Assembly (NCBI GenBank): GCA_965243105.1
Contig: CBDEUC010000003.1
Span: 972,793-1,036,792 of the forward strand
Source of the DNA: Gammaproteobacteria bacterium
Lineage (GTDB): Bacteria > Pseudomonadota > Gammaproteobacteria > Eutrophobiales > Eutrophobiaceae
Reading direction: 5' to 3'
Length of the DNA: 64,000 bases
In this document: piece by piece, positions 28,452 to 38,269 of the stretch
How the letters are laid out: every line of letters starts with the position of its first letter
Numbering within the stretch: position 1 is the first letter of the stretch
The notes under the pieces: model-generated
The model's database searches: none
The model's input: only the letters and a program-made list of their open reading frames with translations
What the model was told of the DNA's origin: nothing
Made by a program: the position numbers and the translations under genes

Positions 28452-29087
28452 TCAGGGTATCCCGATCAACTTGTGTGACTGCAGGCTCAGGCGCCACTTC
28501 GGGTGGGCACGGCAGTACTCGATGGCCTTTTGCGTATTCGTCTCAACATCATCGCAGTCCATGGGCTGCAGGAAATGATGTTCAAACTCCAGTGCCTCGA
28601 ATTTTTCCGGCGCAGCATCCTGTTGCGGATAAACCAGCTTCAGCTCATTCCCCCGTGTTAACACGAGGCTGGCGCTGGACTTTGGACTGACGCAGATCCA
28701 GTCCAGCCCCGCCGGCGCGAGCTGGGTACCATTGGTTTCCACCGCCACTTCAAAACCTTGATGATGCAGGGCTTCGACAAGTGTTTCGTCAAGTTGTAGC
28801 AGTGGTTCACCACCGGTACACACCACGTAGGGTTTGCCCTGCGAAGGCGCAGGCCAGTACCGACTCACGGCTTCGGCAAGGGACTCGGCAGTATCAAATT
28901 TGCCGCCACCGGGGCCATCGGTACCGACAAAATCCGTGTCGCAAAAGTTACAGACCGCATTTTGCCTGTCCTTCTCCAGGCCGGTCCACAGGTTACAGCC
29001 GCTGAAGCGAAGAAACACGGCGGGTCTGCCGGTATGCGCACCCTCTCCCTGCAGGGTGTAGTAAATTTCCTTAACGCTATAGCTCAT
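28452..29087 (-). CDS. queE: 7-carboxy-7-deazaguanine synthase (radical SAM, Cx14CxxC type)
   Basis: TLQGEG..TGR.AVF.RF.GCNLW...C.FCDTDF, TGGEP, ETNGT, VSPK, LSLQ.HK. Confidence 0.93.
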   Translation of the reverse strand: MSYSVKEIYYTLQGEGAHTGRPAVFLRFSGCNLWTGLEKDRQNAVCNFCDTDFVGTDGPGGGKFDTAESLAEAVSRYWPAPSQGKPYVVCTGGEPLLQLDETLVEALHHQGFEVAVETNGTQLAPAGLDWICVSPKSSASLVLTRGNELKLVYPQQDAAPEKFEALEFEHHFLQPMDCDDVETNTQKAIEYCRAHPKWRLSLQSHKLIGIP

Positions 29088-30178
29088 AGTGATTTCGTCG
29101 GTAACGCAGGCACGTCTTCACCCCAGCACAGGAGTGCGCCACAGCCCGGCTGCTGGTAAAGATCGATACGATCAAGCTCGGGCAGGCTCCCTGCCAGCTG
29201 TTGCCTCATCCACTCCAGTACAGCGCCCAGGTTTGCATCATGGAGTGTTGCAATGTCATTGAGACAGTGATGATCCATCAACTGGTAGCATTGCCTGAAC
29301 TTTTCCTTTACCTCGCCAAAGTCCACGGTCCAGCCCAGCATTTGATCGAGATCGCAGCTGAGATGTAATCGAACCAGGTAACTGTGCCCGGACAGCTTCA
29401 TCGATCCATTCGCATCGGCAAGCCTTACTGCTGATTCAAACGACTGCTCCTTCCATATTCGAAAGTGTTCGCCATCGTGGTGGCAGCCTGAAGACTTGGT
29501 TTCGTACACGGATATCCATGACAGCTCCGGCAGGTCCGGCTTCAGTCTTTGCCATATCCAGGCAGCGATGTGCTCACTGGTCGGGTTTTCAAGCCCGGCA
29601 ATGTCATTCAGGCAACTGTTGTGTAACTGCTCGTGCAGGACTCGCCAGCGTTCGCCGATGAGATCAAAGTCCAGGCCCATTGCTTCACTGCCGGGCAGGG
29701 GTTGCTGCACATGGATAACAACTTCAAAACCGTGCCCGTGCATTCGCCCGCACTTGTGGCCCGCCGGTACGTTGGGTAAGACGTGGGCGGCTTCAAAGCG
29801 GAAGCGGCGCCAGATGTGCACATCGTTGGCGCTATCAAGATCCGCGCCGGCATCAGTGGTGCTCTGGATACCGATTGTCGCGTCGGGCAGGTCCAGGCCT
29901 TCACGAAACCAGCGCGCGATATTTTCATCGGTAGGAATGGCGATACTGTCATTGAGCAGCGTGTAGTTCAGCAGCGCGCTCCGTACATCCAGCCTTGCGC
30001 GCAGCGCATCGAGCTTTGCTTCACCGGGCTCGCCACTTTCCTGCTCCGCAGCCGTGCGTGCTCGAACGATATAACTGTGCCCGTGCAGGCCCCGAGCGCG
30101 ATGATTCTCAGGCAATATGTCCACGTGGCATGCAGCCTCAAAGCGGGAGATGGCCTCGTAAAAAAGTTGCGTCGACAC
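29084..30178 (-). CDS. queD: 6-carboxytetrahydropterin synthase (QueD) built from three tandem T-fold repeats
   Basis: Middle repeat FEAAH.LP.VP.GHKC.RMHGH...NPTSE is canonical; two degenerate flanking repeats; lies between queC and queE. Confidence 0.8.
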   Translation of the reverse strand: MSTQLFYEAISRFEAACHVDILPENHRARGLHGHSYIVRARTAAEQESGEPGEAKLDALRARLDVRSALLNYTLLNDSIAIPTDENIARWFREGLDLPDATIGIQSTTDAGADLDSANDVHIWRRFRFEAAHVLPNVPAGHKCGRMHGHGFEVVIHVQQPLPGSEAMGLDFDLIGERWRVLHEQLHNSCLNDIAGLENPTSEHIAAWIWQRLKPDLPELSWISVYETKSSGCHHDGEHFRIWKEQSFESAVRLADANGSMKLSGHSYLVRLHLSCDLDQMLGWTVDFGEVKEKFRQCYQLMDHHCLNDIATLHDANLGAVLEWMRQQLAGSLPELDRIDLYQQPGCGALLCWGEDVPALPTKSL

Positions 30179-30187
30179 CGGGCTGCC

Positions 30188-30856
30188 TTACTTGAATCTT
30201 TCAACCAGGGGATCGGCGATACCTGCCTCTTCAAACCCCTTTGCTCTCAACCTGCAGGCTTCGCAATCCCCGCATGGCGGCTGCTGCCCGTTGTAGCAGG
30301 TATGGGAATAGGCCATGGCCCCAAGCGCACCAAGCTCCTCGGCAAGCTTCACGGTTTCTGCCTTGGAAAGCCACATAAGCGGTGTATGAATACTGATGTC
30401 ACTCTCCATGCCTAGCCGAATGCTTTGCTGTAACGATTCGATAGTTTCGTTACGACAGTCCGGGTACCCGCTGTAATCAGTCTGGGCAACGCCGGTGACG
30501 AGATTAGAAATATTGCGCTGGTAGGCAAAGGCTGCTGCATAGGTCAGGAACACCAGGTTACGGCCTGGCACAAAAGTATTGGGCAGCTGCGTGTCCGGAT
30601 CAACACCGGGCTTTACATCCATGTCATCGGTCAGCGCATTGCCACCCAGCACGCGAAAGGTATCAATGGGTAGTACCGTGTTCTTCACCCCGGCAAGTTT
30701 TGCAATCTCTTCTGCGCACGCCAGTTCCACGCGATGCTTCTGTCCGTAATCAAAAGTGAGACTACTGACTGCATCGACGCCAAACCTGTCGATGGCCCAG
30801 TAAAGACAGGTGGTGGAATCCTGGCCACCTGATAAAACGACGAGAGCTTTGTTCAC
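30188..30856 (-). CDS. queC: 7-cyano-7-deazaguanine synthase
   Basis: SGGQDSTT, FDYGQ.H, TFVPGRN, DYSGYPDCR, TPLM.L.K, CY...CG.C.AC.LR. Confidence 0.96.
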   Translation of the reverse strand: MNKALVVLSGGQDSTTCLYWAIDRFGVDAVSSLTFDYGQKHRVELACAEEIAKLAGVKNTVLPIDTFRVLGGNALTDDMDVKPGVDPDTQLPNTFVPGRNLVFLTYAAAFAYQRNISNLVTGVAQTDYSGYPDCRNETIESLQQSIRLGMESDISIHTPLMWLSKAETVKLAEELGALGAMAYSHTCYNGQQPPCGDCEACRLRAKGFEEAGIADPLVERFK

Positions 30857-30896
30857 AACTGTCTAGCCGGGTTTAAATACCAGGACGGATCCTGCT

Positions 30897-31430
30897 TCAG
30901 CTTTTCGCGAGTAAATCGGCGAGCCTGCGAGTCGTGTGGCGAAGACGCAGGCTGATGATCTGGGAAAGATGCAGGAGAATCTTAACACCGAGGTTGCTGT
31001 TCTTTTCCATGAGGTTGTTAAAGTCCTGCGGTGTCATCACAAGCACGATGGAGTCAATCGAGGTAACCGCGGATGCGGACAGTGGTTCGCCATCGATCAC
31101 ACCCATTTCACCGATACTGTCGCCGCTGCCAATCTCGGCAATCTTGACGTGCTTGTTGTCTGCCGTCTCCTTGAAAATATTGACCTCTCCCGTGACGATA
31201 ATGCAAAGGCTGGCATTTTCATTACCCTCTTCCAGCAGCATGGTGCCGGTGGGTGCCGAGTAGGCTTTCATCCACACCGCGAGCATGGCAATTTCATCCC
31301 TGTCGAGGTCGGTAAAAAATCCCGACTGTCCGATCAGATCATATAATTCGCCAAGCGCCTCATCGCTTTCAGCCAGCAGTTCCATGTCCTGCTGTAGTTC
31401 CTGCGCTGCGGTGGGATTGATATCTGTCAC
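30897..31430 (-). CDS. Stand-alone cyclic-nucleotide-binding domain protein
   Basis: EG......IIVTGEV.I, G...GEM..IDG.P.SA motifs; no HTH domain. Confidence 0.8.
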   Translation of the reverse strand: MTDINPTAAQELQQDMELLAESDEALGELYDLIGQSGFFTDLDRDEIAMLAVWMKAYSAPTGTMLLEEGNENASLCIIVTGEVNIFKETADNKHVKIAEIGSGDSIGEMGVIDGEPLSASAVTSIDSIVLVMTPQDFNNLMEKNSNLGVKILLHLSQIISLRLRHTTRRLADLLAKS

Positions 31431-31488
31431 GATGAATATTGCTCAAAAATGAGCCACCAAGAATACACCAAATAGCCGGTGACGGCTG

Positions 31489-32358
31489 CTAGAAAGTATA
31501 GTTCAGACCGAGCCCGAAGATACCGCCGTGTCTCGAGCCGATGTCTTTCACGACCGGGCTGTCGGCAGCGTCACCAAGCAGGTGAATGTAGCGAAGATGC
31601 GCACTGACCGACCAGTGCGGAAAAAACTCGTAGGCGGTACTCAGGGCAAGGGAAACATCACGCAGGCCGGCGCTCGGGTAGTAGGTTCTCAACCCGGTGC
31701 GCTGGGACTGCAGGCGATTTACCCCAAAAAAGGTACGCATGTTTTCACTGTCTGCCCAGGTTGTTGTCAGCGCCATGTAGAACAGTGGCCTGTCCCAGGG
31801 AATACGGCTTCCCAGTTCAAAGATTGCCAGCGTGCCGTGGCCTTCATTAAGAAAGTCGTGGCGTATTTCTGTTTTAAGACGCATGGCCTCGTAGCGAAAG
31901 TTCAGGTAGGCACCGCTGGTAATGGTCCGGCTTATGTCACCCAGCCCTTCAAGCCCGTCGTTCTCTTCACTGCGACCACCGGTGTAGCGTGCAAAGACAC
32001 CGCCATAGATGGTGTCATTGTCAAATAACTTCATACCCGCCTTGCGACCCTTGATAAAAAGAAAGTCTTTCCAGACGATGCGAAGATTTGGCGCGTAGGC
32101 GATTCGGTATGCATCATCGCCGCGATACTCCGGAGCAAGACCACCGATAATACCCAGTCGTACCTGCAGCTCTTTCTCGTCCGGCTCATCCACCTGGTAT
32201 TCCATGTCGGTGATCAGGCCAAGGTCATCGGACACGCTATCCCAGACCTCGAAATCCTCCGTATCCTGCGCCCGTGCGAGGCCACAGCCGAGCACGAGGC
32301 AGGTCAACAGGCCAGCGCGCAGCAGGTAAGTCATTGATTTTACAGACAGTCTCCCCAT
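31489..32358 (-). CDS. MipA/OmpV-family outer-membrane protein
   Basis: Signal peptide, P.Y.G.D, FGV...QS..TGL..Y, L.GDAADSP.V and C-terminal YTF. Confidence 0.85.
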   Translation of the reverse strand: MGRLSVKSMTYLLRAGLLTCLVLGCGLARAQDTEDFEVWDSVSDDLGLITDMEYQVDEPDEKELQVRLGIIGGLAPEYRGDDAYRIAYAPNLRIVWKDFLFIKGRKAGMKLFDNDTIYGGVFARYTGGRSEENDGLEGLGDISRTITSGAYLNFRYEAMRLKTEIRHDFLNEGHGTLAIFELGSRIPWDRPLFYMALTTTWADSENMRTFFGVNRLQSQRTGLRTYYPSAGLRDVSLALSTAYEFFPHWSVSAHLRYIHLLGDAADSPVVKDIGSRHGGIFGLGLNYTF

Positions 32359-32515
32359 ATTGACTCACATTCTTACGCAATATGGGATATAAATCAATAA
32401 GTTATATATGATTTATAATCTGTCTTGTTAATTAAGGTTGTGTCTATACTTTGTATTAAGGTGTGTGGGGCCCTGCCAATCTTGTACCCAGCCGCCTGTG
32501 TGAGTGTCGATCGTG

Positions 32516-33238
32516 TTACTCCCACGAGCGTAGCGAGTAGCTGGATCCGTCAGCGATCACCGTTGCGATGTAGTCCTCGCCACAGTCAACGCGACTCATG
32601 TGCCAGTTGTTTAGATCGTTTTCCTGCCAGCCGGTACGCAGCATGCGGGGTGCTTCATCGGGATCGATATTCACATCAAACTCTGACAGGCCGTACTTGA
32701 TACCCTTGCCTACCGCTTTCACAAAGGCCTCCTTTCTTGTCCAGGTCGCAAAAAATGCTCTCACGCGATCGCCCTGGAAATTTTCAAACTGCTCGTTCTC
32801 CACCCTGGAAAAATATCGCCTTGCCAGCTTGCCGTGCTCGGGATCCTCGCGCAGCTTTTCCACGTCTATGCCGAGACGGCGATCAAGACCCAGTGCCACC
32901 AGCGCCATGCCGTGGGAATGTGAAACATTAAATGCTATCGGCTTGTTATCAATGACAAGGTCAAGAAAGGGCTTGTTGTCCTCGCTGTACTGGAATTCAA
33001 AACTGCTGGCAGGTTGTGAAGCAACGATGGACAGTGCCTGGCGGAGCAGGCCACGGGTGACGACGTACTCTTCGAACTTTCCCGGGAATTTAAAGCGAGC
33101 CGCGCGTTGCTTTTCTTCGTCGGAGAGGGTGGCATGAAATTCATCGATACGCTGTGCGGGAAGGTCGATGCGACTACGCCAGATATCAACGTGATCGACA
33201 TCAAGCCGGTGTTCTCCTGTTACTTTAGCCCACATCAC
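32516..33238 (-). CDS. Sfp-type 4'-phosphopantetheinyl transferase
   Basis: LS..E..RA.RF, KP, FNVSHS, LGIDVE, WT.KEA.VKA.G.G motifs. Confidence 0.92.
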   Translation of the reverse strand: MMWAKVTGEHRLDVDHVDIWRSRIDLPAQRIDEFHATLSDEEKQRAARFKFPGKFEEYVVTRGLLRQALSIVASQPASSFEFQYSEDNKPFLDLVIDNKPIAFNVSHSHGMALVALGLDRRLGIDVEKLREDPEHGKLARRYFSRVENEQFENFQGDRVRAFFATWTRKEAFVKAVGKGIKYGLSEFDVNIDPDEAPRMLRTGWQENDLNNWHMSRVDCGEDYIATVIADGSSYSLRSWE

Positions 33239-34224
33239 TGTGTTTCAAGGCTACGTGCCAGTGCCTGCATTCCCTCTTCGATCCTCGTGCCTGGTTCATA
33301 AGCAAGGTCGCGACGCGCGGCACTGATGTCATACCAGTGTGAGCAGCTTAGCTGTCGTGCAATAAAGCGTGTCATGGCAGGTTCGCCCTTGATCCTGAGG
33401 AGTGTATAGATAGCTTCCAGCGCCGCGCCAATTGCATAGGCCAGCCCCGGTGAGATCCTCCGTCTTTCCTCTTCAAGACCCGCGGCAGTAAGAATACGGT
33501 TAACGATATTTTCCATGGACATGGGTTCGCCGTTACTGATGAAGTAGGCCTTACCTGCACAGGCCGCGGTGCTGTCGAGTTTTTCCAGCGCATTAAGGTG
33601 TGCGGACACGGCGTTGTCGATGTAGGTGATATCGACAAGATTTTCCCGCGAGCCCACCAGCCGTAAACGCCCGGCCCTGGCCCGTTCAATGATACGTGGC
33701 GCCAGGTGCGGATCGCCGGGTCCAAAAATAAGGTGAGGTCTCAGTGCTACCGTGGCGAGACCCGCATCATTCGCAGCCAGTACCGCTTCCTCGGCTTCCG
33801 CCTTGGTACGCTGGTAGTTGGTCAGGTAACGCTCGGGAAGTGGCGTCGACTCGTCAATACCATCCTCATCTTCACCGGCAAACACGATGCTGGGTGAACT
33901 GGTATACACAAGACGCTTTATGCCCAGTTCTCTGCATGCATTGATGACATTCAGGGTGCCAACGACATTACTTCGATAATATTCCTGGTAGTCTCCCCAC
34001 ACACCAGCCTTTGCTGCAACGTGCATCACCGCGTCACAGCCCTCGGCTGCCTGCATCACGTCTCTCGCGTCGCCGATATCTCCACGGCGAATCTCAAGAC
34101 CCATGGACTCAAGCTCGGGATAGTGTCCCCGCTGCAGGGTGACAACCTCGTCTCCCCTCTCCTTCAGCGCCGTGGCTATTCCCCTGCCAAGAAAACCACC
34201 TGCACCTGTGACAAGTATTCGCAT
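33235..34224 (-). CDS. oleD: OleD-type 2-alkyl-3-oxoalkanoate reductase (extended SDR)
   Basis: TGAGGFLG, HVAAKAGVWG, YTSSPS, Y..TK, LRPHLI.GPGD; position in the ole operon. Confidence 0.85.
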   Translation of the reverse strand: MRILVTGAGGFLGRGIATALKERGDEVVTLQRGHYPELESMGLEIRRGDIGDARDVMQAAEGCDAVMHVAAKAGVWGDYQEYYRSNVVGTLNVINACRELGIKRLVYTSSPSIVFAGEDEDGIDESTPLPERYLTNYQRTKAEAEEAVLAANDAGLATVALRPHLIFGPGDPHLAPRIIERARAGRLRLVGSRENLVDITYIDNAVSAHLNALEKLDSTAACAGKAYFISNGEPMSMENIVNRILTAAGLEEERRRISPGLAYAIGAALEAIYTLLRIKGEPAMTRFIARQLSCSHWYDISAARRDLAYEPGTRIEEGMQALARSLETQ

Positions 34225-35858
34225 CAGGGCTGCTCGCTGGCCCAGGCAGTCAGTTCGGCACGGCCAATCTTGGCGTTATGACGTATGTCGACGGGAAAGC
34301 CGGGATGCACAAGTATTCTTCTTATCATCGCTGTTATTTCATATTGGCCGGCAAGCCCAAGCAATTCTTTTTCAAGCGCAGCAAGATCGCTATTATCTTC
34401 CACCTCGATACAAAGCACCGGCTCTGTGTCTCCTTCTTTACCCACACCCACTAGCGCACTGCGCCTGACCTGGCTATGCTGGTTAAAAATACCCTCGCAG
34501 CAGGCAGTAAAGTAAGTTGTCTCACCACAGGTGACGCGCTCACTCAGCCTTCCGCAAAACCACAGTCGTCCCGAATCATCAAAATAACCCAGGTCACCCA
34601 TGCGATGATAAAAACCATCCTCGCCGCTGTCGATCTTGGCCAATGCTGTTGAAGCTGCACGGTTATGATAGGAGGCCGTCACCTGTTCACCCCGCACAAC
34701 AATCTCACCAACCTCTTTCAGCGCCAGTTCCCTCGCATCACGCCACGACGGAATGACATCATCGCTGATGGCGACAATCTTAACATCGAGACCCGGCACG
34801 GGCCGACCTATGCAGACACCGTGACCTGTCGCCGTGAGTTCGGCTGTCTCACCCAGTATCTCTGCACTTCCAATTGAGGCCACCGGCAGCGCTTCCGTTG
34901 CACCGTAGGGCGTAAATATTTCTACACCGTCTGCCAGTAATGAGGTGAATCGCTCTATGATCTCTGCTGACACCGGCGCACCAGCCGAGATCACCCTTCT
35001 CAGGCTATCCAGCCTGGCCTGCCTGCCTTCAGCCCAGCGACCCACGCGGTCAAGCAGCGCCGGGGAGCCAAACATGGTGGTTGCTGAAAAGTCATTGATG
35101 GCATCAGCGATAGTCTGTCCGTCAACATGACCGGGCCGGGTGAAGTCCATCATGGGAATGATCGAGGTCATACCCATGGCCGGTGCAAACAGGGCAAAAA
35201 GTGGAAAGGTGGCGAGATCCACCTCGCCGGGTTGAATATCATAGAGCGCCTGCAGCGCCTTGACCTGGGCAGTGAAGTTTCCATGATTGTAGTTAACGCC
35301 TTTTGGTACACCGGTGCTGCCACTGGTAAACAGGATTGCCGCAGGGTCGCGGGACTCGCTCGCTACAAGTGTCTCTTTATTACTGCCAGCGCCAAGCCGG
35401 CGTAGATCATCGGTGCCCTGCATCAACAGGCGAAGCGGGGACCATGAACCCGAATGCACAAGCTTCATTTTCCTGTCCCGACACCAGCCCATCAGCAGGC
35501 GTGCAAGATGCGCCTTGCCAATCCCGATGAAGGCATCGGGCTCCGCCTCTGCAAGGCATGTCTTGAGATTCTTTAATCCCATACCGGGATCGATTGCCAC
35601 CAGCACCGCGCCAATTTTAAAAAGCGCAAACACCAGCTCAAAAAACTCCAACCCCGGCTTCACCATCAACACCGTGCGAGTCCCTTTCGTTATACCCGCT
35701 TCCTGCAGTCCTCGAGCCATGATATCGCTGGCATGATCCAGTTCCGCGTAGGTATAGCGCGGGTAGTCTTTCCCATTGGACTGCATGGCAACAGCCAGGG
35801 TATTCGGCTGGGCCTTTGCCATTACAGGCAGGTGCGAGGCAATGTTGGGAGTAATCAT
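34224..35858 (-). CDS. oleC: OleC beta-lactone synthetase (AMP-dependent ligase)
   Basis: IDPGMG, FTSGSTG.PKGV, TFPLFALF, TPYGATEALP, HRMGDLG, FPVDIRHNAKI. Confidence 0.9.
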   Translation of the reverse strand: MITPNIASHLPVMAKAQPNTLAVAMQSNGKDYPRYTYAELDHASDIMARGLQEAGITKGTRTVLMVKPGLEFFELVFALFKIGAVLVAIDPGMGLKNLKTCLAEAEPDAFIGIGKAHLARLLMGWCRDRKMKLVHSGSWSPLRLLMQGTDDLRRLGAGSNKETLVASESRDPAAILFTSGSTGVPKGVNYNHGNFTAQVKALQALYDIQPGEVDLATFPLFALFAPAMGMTSIIPMMDFTRPGHVDGQTIADAINDFSATTMFGSPALLDRVGRWAEGRQARLDSLRRVISAGAPVSAEIIERFTSLLADGVEIFTPYGATEALPVASIGSAEILGETAELTATGHGVCIGRPVPGLDVKIVAISDDVIPSWRDARELALKEVGEIVVRGEQVTASYHNRAASTALAKIDSGEDGFYHRMGDLGYFDDSGRLWFCGRLSERVTCGETTYFTACCEGIFNQHSQVRRSALVGVGKEGDTEPVLCIEVEDNSDLAALEKELLGLAGQYEITAMIRRILVHPGFPVDIRHNAKIGRAELTAWASEQP

Positions 35859-35881
35859 TTAACGCTGTTCCTGGAATTCCT

Positions 35882-35982
35882 TACCTGCATGAATAGCACG
35901 CGGACGCGCTGTAAATACTTCCATGTACGCTCACCGGCGGCATCCATGCCGCCGAAGGTCCGCTTATCTATTCATTCAGGTA
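35882..35982 (-). repeat. Palindromic dispersed repeat, copy 2 (oleB-oleC spacer)
   Basis: On the minus strand: CGGCGGC-ATGGAT-GCCGCCG and TAC-ATGGAA-GTA hairpins inside a long outer stem. Confidence 0.8.
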
Positions 35983-36001
35983 CGCAAATAGAGACCGCGG
36001 C

Positions 36002-36880
36002 TCATTTTTTCATAAATTCTTCTACCAGCGGTACAACATCCTCGCCGGCATCCTCGAGTATGTAGTGCCCGGCGTCCTCAAAACGATGAACAGTGGCATT
36101 GGGAAAGCGTCGCTGCCATTCATCGAGGAAATAAGAATCAAAAACGAAGTCCTTCATACCCCAGCAAATCAGCATCGGTATGCCGGAGAATTGCTGCAGC
36201 TTCTCTTGTACCTGCGTGATCGTGTCATAACCACTGTCGCCTTTTTCAAGTGGAATCACCTCGACAAACTTTCTTACCGCCACGCGATTTACCCAGGAAT
36301 CATAGGGCGCAAGATAGGCTGCTCCCACGTCCGCCGGCATGGGCCTGCGTGTAACGCAGTATTTTACTGCGCCCTTTGCAAAGGCGTTGAAGCCCTGGTT
36401 GAGTAGCTTGTTGATCATCGGCAGGCGACTGACTTTAAGTTGCCACGGGATCTCCCTGCCTGCAGGTAAATGAAAGGCTGCAGTATTCAGGATCACCAGT
36501 CGCTTGATACGTTCCGGGTAACGAGCCGCCCAGGTCATACCAATCATGCCTCCCCAGTCATGGACCACGAGAGTGATATCATCACCCGGCGCCAGCTTGT
36601 CCAGCAGCGCATCGAGATCATCCACGCGCCGGTCAAGACCAAAGTCGTAGGCATCAGCAGCCGGTTTATCTGACAGGCCCATGCCAACATGGTCCGGAAC
36701 GATGCAGCGGTACTCATCACTTAAAGCAATGACAAGATGACGATAATAAAACGACCAGCTGGGATTCCCGTGCAGCATCACCACCGCAGGTGCAGTGCGT
36801 GGCCCCTCATCGATGTAATGAATACGCAGGTCCTTGACCGTTGCGTAGTGGCTTTTAAATGGGTAGTCGGGGAAGGTCAT
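36002..36880 (-). CDS. oleB: OleB beta-lactone decarboxylase (haloalkane dehalogenase-like)
   Basis: HGNPSWSF, PDH.G.G.SDKP, HDWGG nucleophile elbow, WG.KDFVF, GHY.LED. Confidence 0.88.
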   Translation of the reverse strand: MTFPDYPFKSHYATVKDLRIHYIDEGPRTAPAVVMLHGNPSWSFYYRHLVIALSDEYRCIVPDHVGMGLSDKPAADAYDFGLDRRVDDLDALLDKLAPGDDITLVVHDWGGMIGMTWAARYPERIKRLVILNTAAFHLPAGREIPWQLKVSRLPMINKLLNQGFNAFAKGAVKYCVTRRPMPADVGAAYLAPYDSWVNRVAVRKFVEVIPLEKGDSGYDTITQVQEKLQQFSGIPMLICWGMKDFVFDSYFLDEWQRRFPNATVHRFEDAGHYILEDAGEDVVPLVEEFMKK

Positions 36881-36922
36881 TATGATGCGAGTTGCTAGTA
36901 ATTCATTTGCTGCATGGCGACG

Positions 36923-37019
36923 TTGGTGTAAACAGGTAAGCAGACTCTCAGCGACAGGGATGTCGCTGTGAAGCGTACATGGATGTATTCACAGCGTGTC
37001 TGCGTTCTGTTTATACCAA
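36923..37019 (+). repeat. Palindromic dispersed repeat, copy 3 (oleA-oleB spacer)
   Basis: CAGCGAC-AGGGAT-GTCGCTG and TAC-ATGGAT-GTA hairpins; outer stem TTGGTGTAAACAG / CTGTTTATACCAA. Confidence 0.8.
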
Positions 37020-37069
37020 AAAGTCGGCAAGGCTGATTAGGAGAAAAAGGGCAATTTCGGAAAAAAAAC

Positions 37070-38269
37070 TTACCATTCCCAGCCAATCATAAGACAGTTA
37101 AGACCACTGCCTATTCCAAGAAACCCAACATGATCCCCCGGCTTCAGAAAATTACGCTGGTGCGCAATGGCCGCGGTCATCGGCAGCGATACCGTACCCA
37201 TGTTACCCAGGTACTTGAAGGTGCTGTAATCCTTTTCCGGGGCAATTCCCAGTTCACGAAGAATGGTTTCACGGTGCCCGTCTCCCACCTGGTGACAAAT
37301 CACCTTGTCCACCTGGTCAACCGCCCAGCCCATTTTCTTGAGAAAGGCACCCCAGGTAGAGACACCCAGTTTTGCACCGTACTTGAGAACGGATACTGAA
37401 TCAGTGGCCATGAACTCCGTCATTGCCTTTGGCAGCGTTTCAGAAGGAAGCAGGTTGGCGACCACCGGTGGCAGCTTGTCACTGGTCATCATTTCCTTCA
37501 TCGCGGTGGGGATGGCTTCCGGCTGCATGACCTCGTCCAGCGCAGTCATCAGCTTGTCCGGTGAAAACATCAGCTTGCCCAGCTCCGCCGGTGTAAAGGT
37601 AATACCCCAGCGACAAAGACGGTGATGCTCGGGTGCAGTACGCGTGGCTTCGCCAATCAGGCGATGCGTGGCATCGTTGTCAAAGGAACCATCGGTCAGC
37701 AGCACCGCTGCAGCACCGGAGCCACCGGTCAGGGTTGCCAGTGAAGAGCTGAACATTTCCATGGAGCGGTCGTTCAGCATGCGTTGAATCATGGTCTCAA
37801 CAATTTCCCGCGCTGATTCACAGGAAACCACCATGCCGGCGCGGATCTGGCCAAGCTCGATGCGATTGGCAATGTCGATAATACCGTTCAGAGTACCCAG
37901 GCAGGCATTGGATATGTCGTAGATATAGGCATTCGTGCTGATGCCAATCTTGTCCGCCACGGCACAGGCAGTGGCCGGTTCATAGTTCTCGCGGCACACG
38001 CCGGAGTAAATCAGCACACCGATATCTTCGGGCCTGACGTTGGATTGTTCCATGGCCTTGCGTGCCGCGGCCGCTGCACCATCGGAGAGGGCGTGGCCCG
38101 ACTCCCACCAGCGTCGTTCACTGATACCGGTGAGCGCCTCGAGCTGACCCGGGGCGATATGCAGGGTGTCGTACATGGGCGCGAGCCGTGCCTCGAGGTC
38201 ATCAGAGGTAATCACCTCCGAGGGCAACTCGTAGCCAATGGACTCCATGTGGACCTTGCGATAATTCAT
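37070..38269 (-). CDS. oleA: OleA head-to-head acyl condensing thiolase (FabH-like)
   Basis: GI.ERRWW, EPATA, NACLG (catalytic Cys), ATLTGGSGA, HQV, GNMG, GIGSGLNC. Confidence 0.9.
   Translation of the reverse strand: MNYRKVHMESIGYELPSEVITSDDLEARLAPMYDTLHIAPGQLEALTGISERRWWESGHALSDGAAAAARKAMEQSNVRPEDIGVLIYSGVCRENYEPATACAVADKIGISTNAYIYDISNACLGTLNGIIDIANRIELGQIRAGMVVSCESAREIVETMIQRMLNDRSMEMFSSSLATLTGGSGAAAVLLTDGSFDNDATHRLIGEATRTAPEHHRLCRWGITFTPAELGKLMFSPDKLMTALDEVMQPEAIPTAMKEMMTSDKLPPVVANLLPSETLPKAMTEFMATDSVSVLKYGAKLGVSTWGAFLKKMGWAVDQVDKVICHQVGDGHRETILRELGIAPEKDYSTFKYLGNMGTVSLPMTAAIAHQRNFLKPGDHVGFLGIGSGLNCLMIGWEW

Noticed and set aside
28452-30856. queCDE as part of a Dpd 7-deazaguanine DNA-modification defence island
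   Set aside because: No dpdA/dpdB-like genes; tgt is the canonical tRNA enzyme next to queA.
32327-32404. Two IHF-consensus matches (WATCAANNNNTTR) near the mipA start, as a possible island border
   Set aside because: A short degenerate motif in AT-rich DNA, with no matching att repeat of the tRNA 3' end found.
36002-36880. Haloalkane dehalogenase call
   Set aside because: The oleA-oleB-oleC-oleD context identifies it as OleB, a known look-alike.
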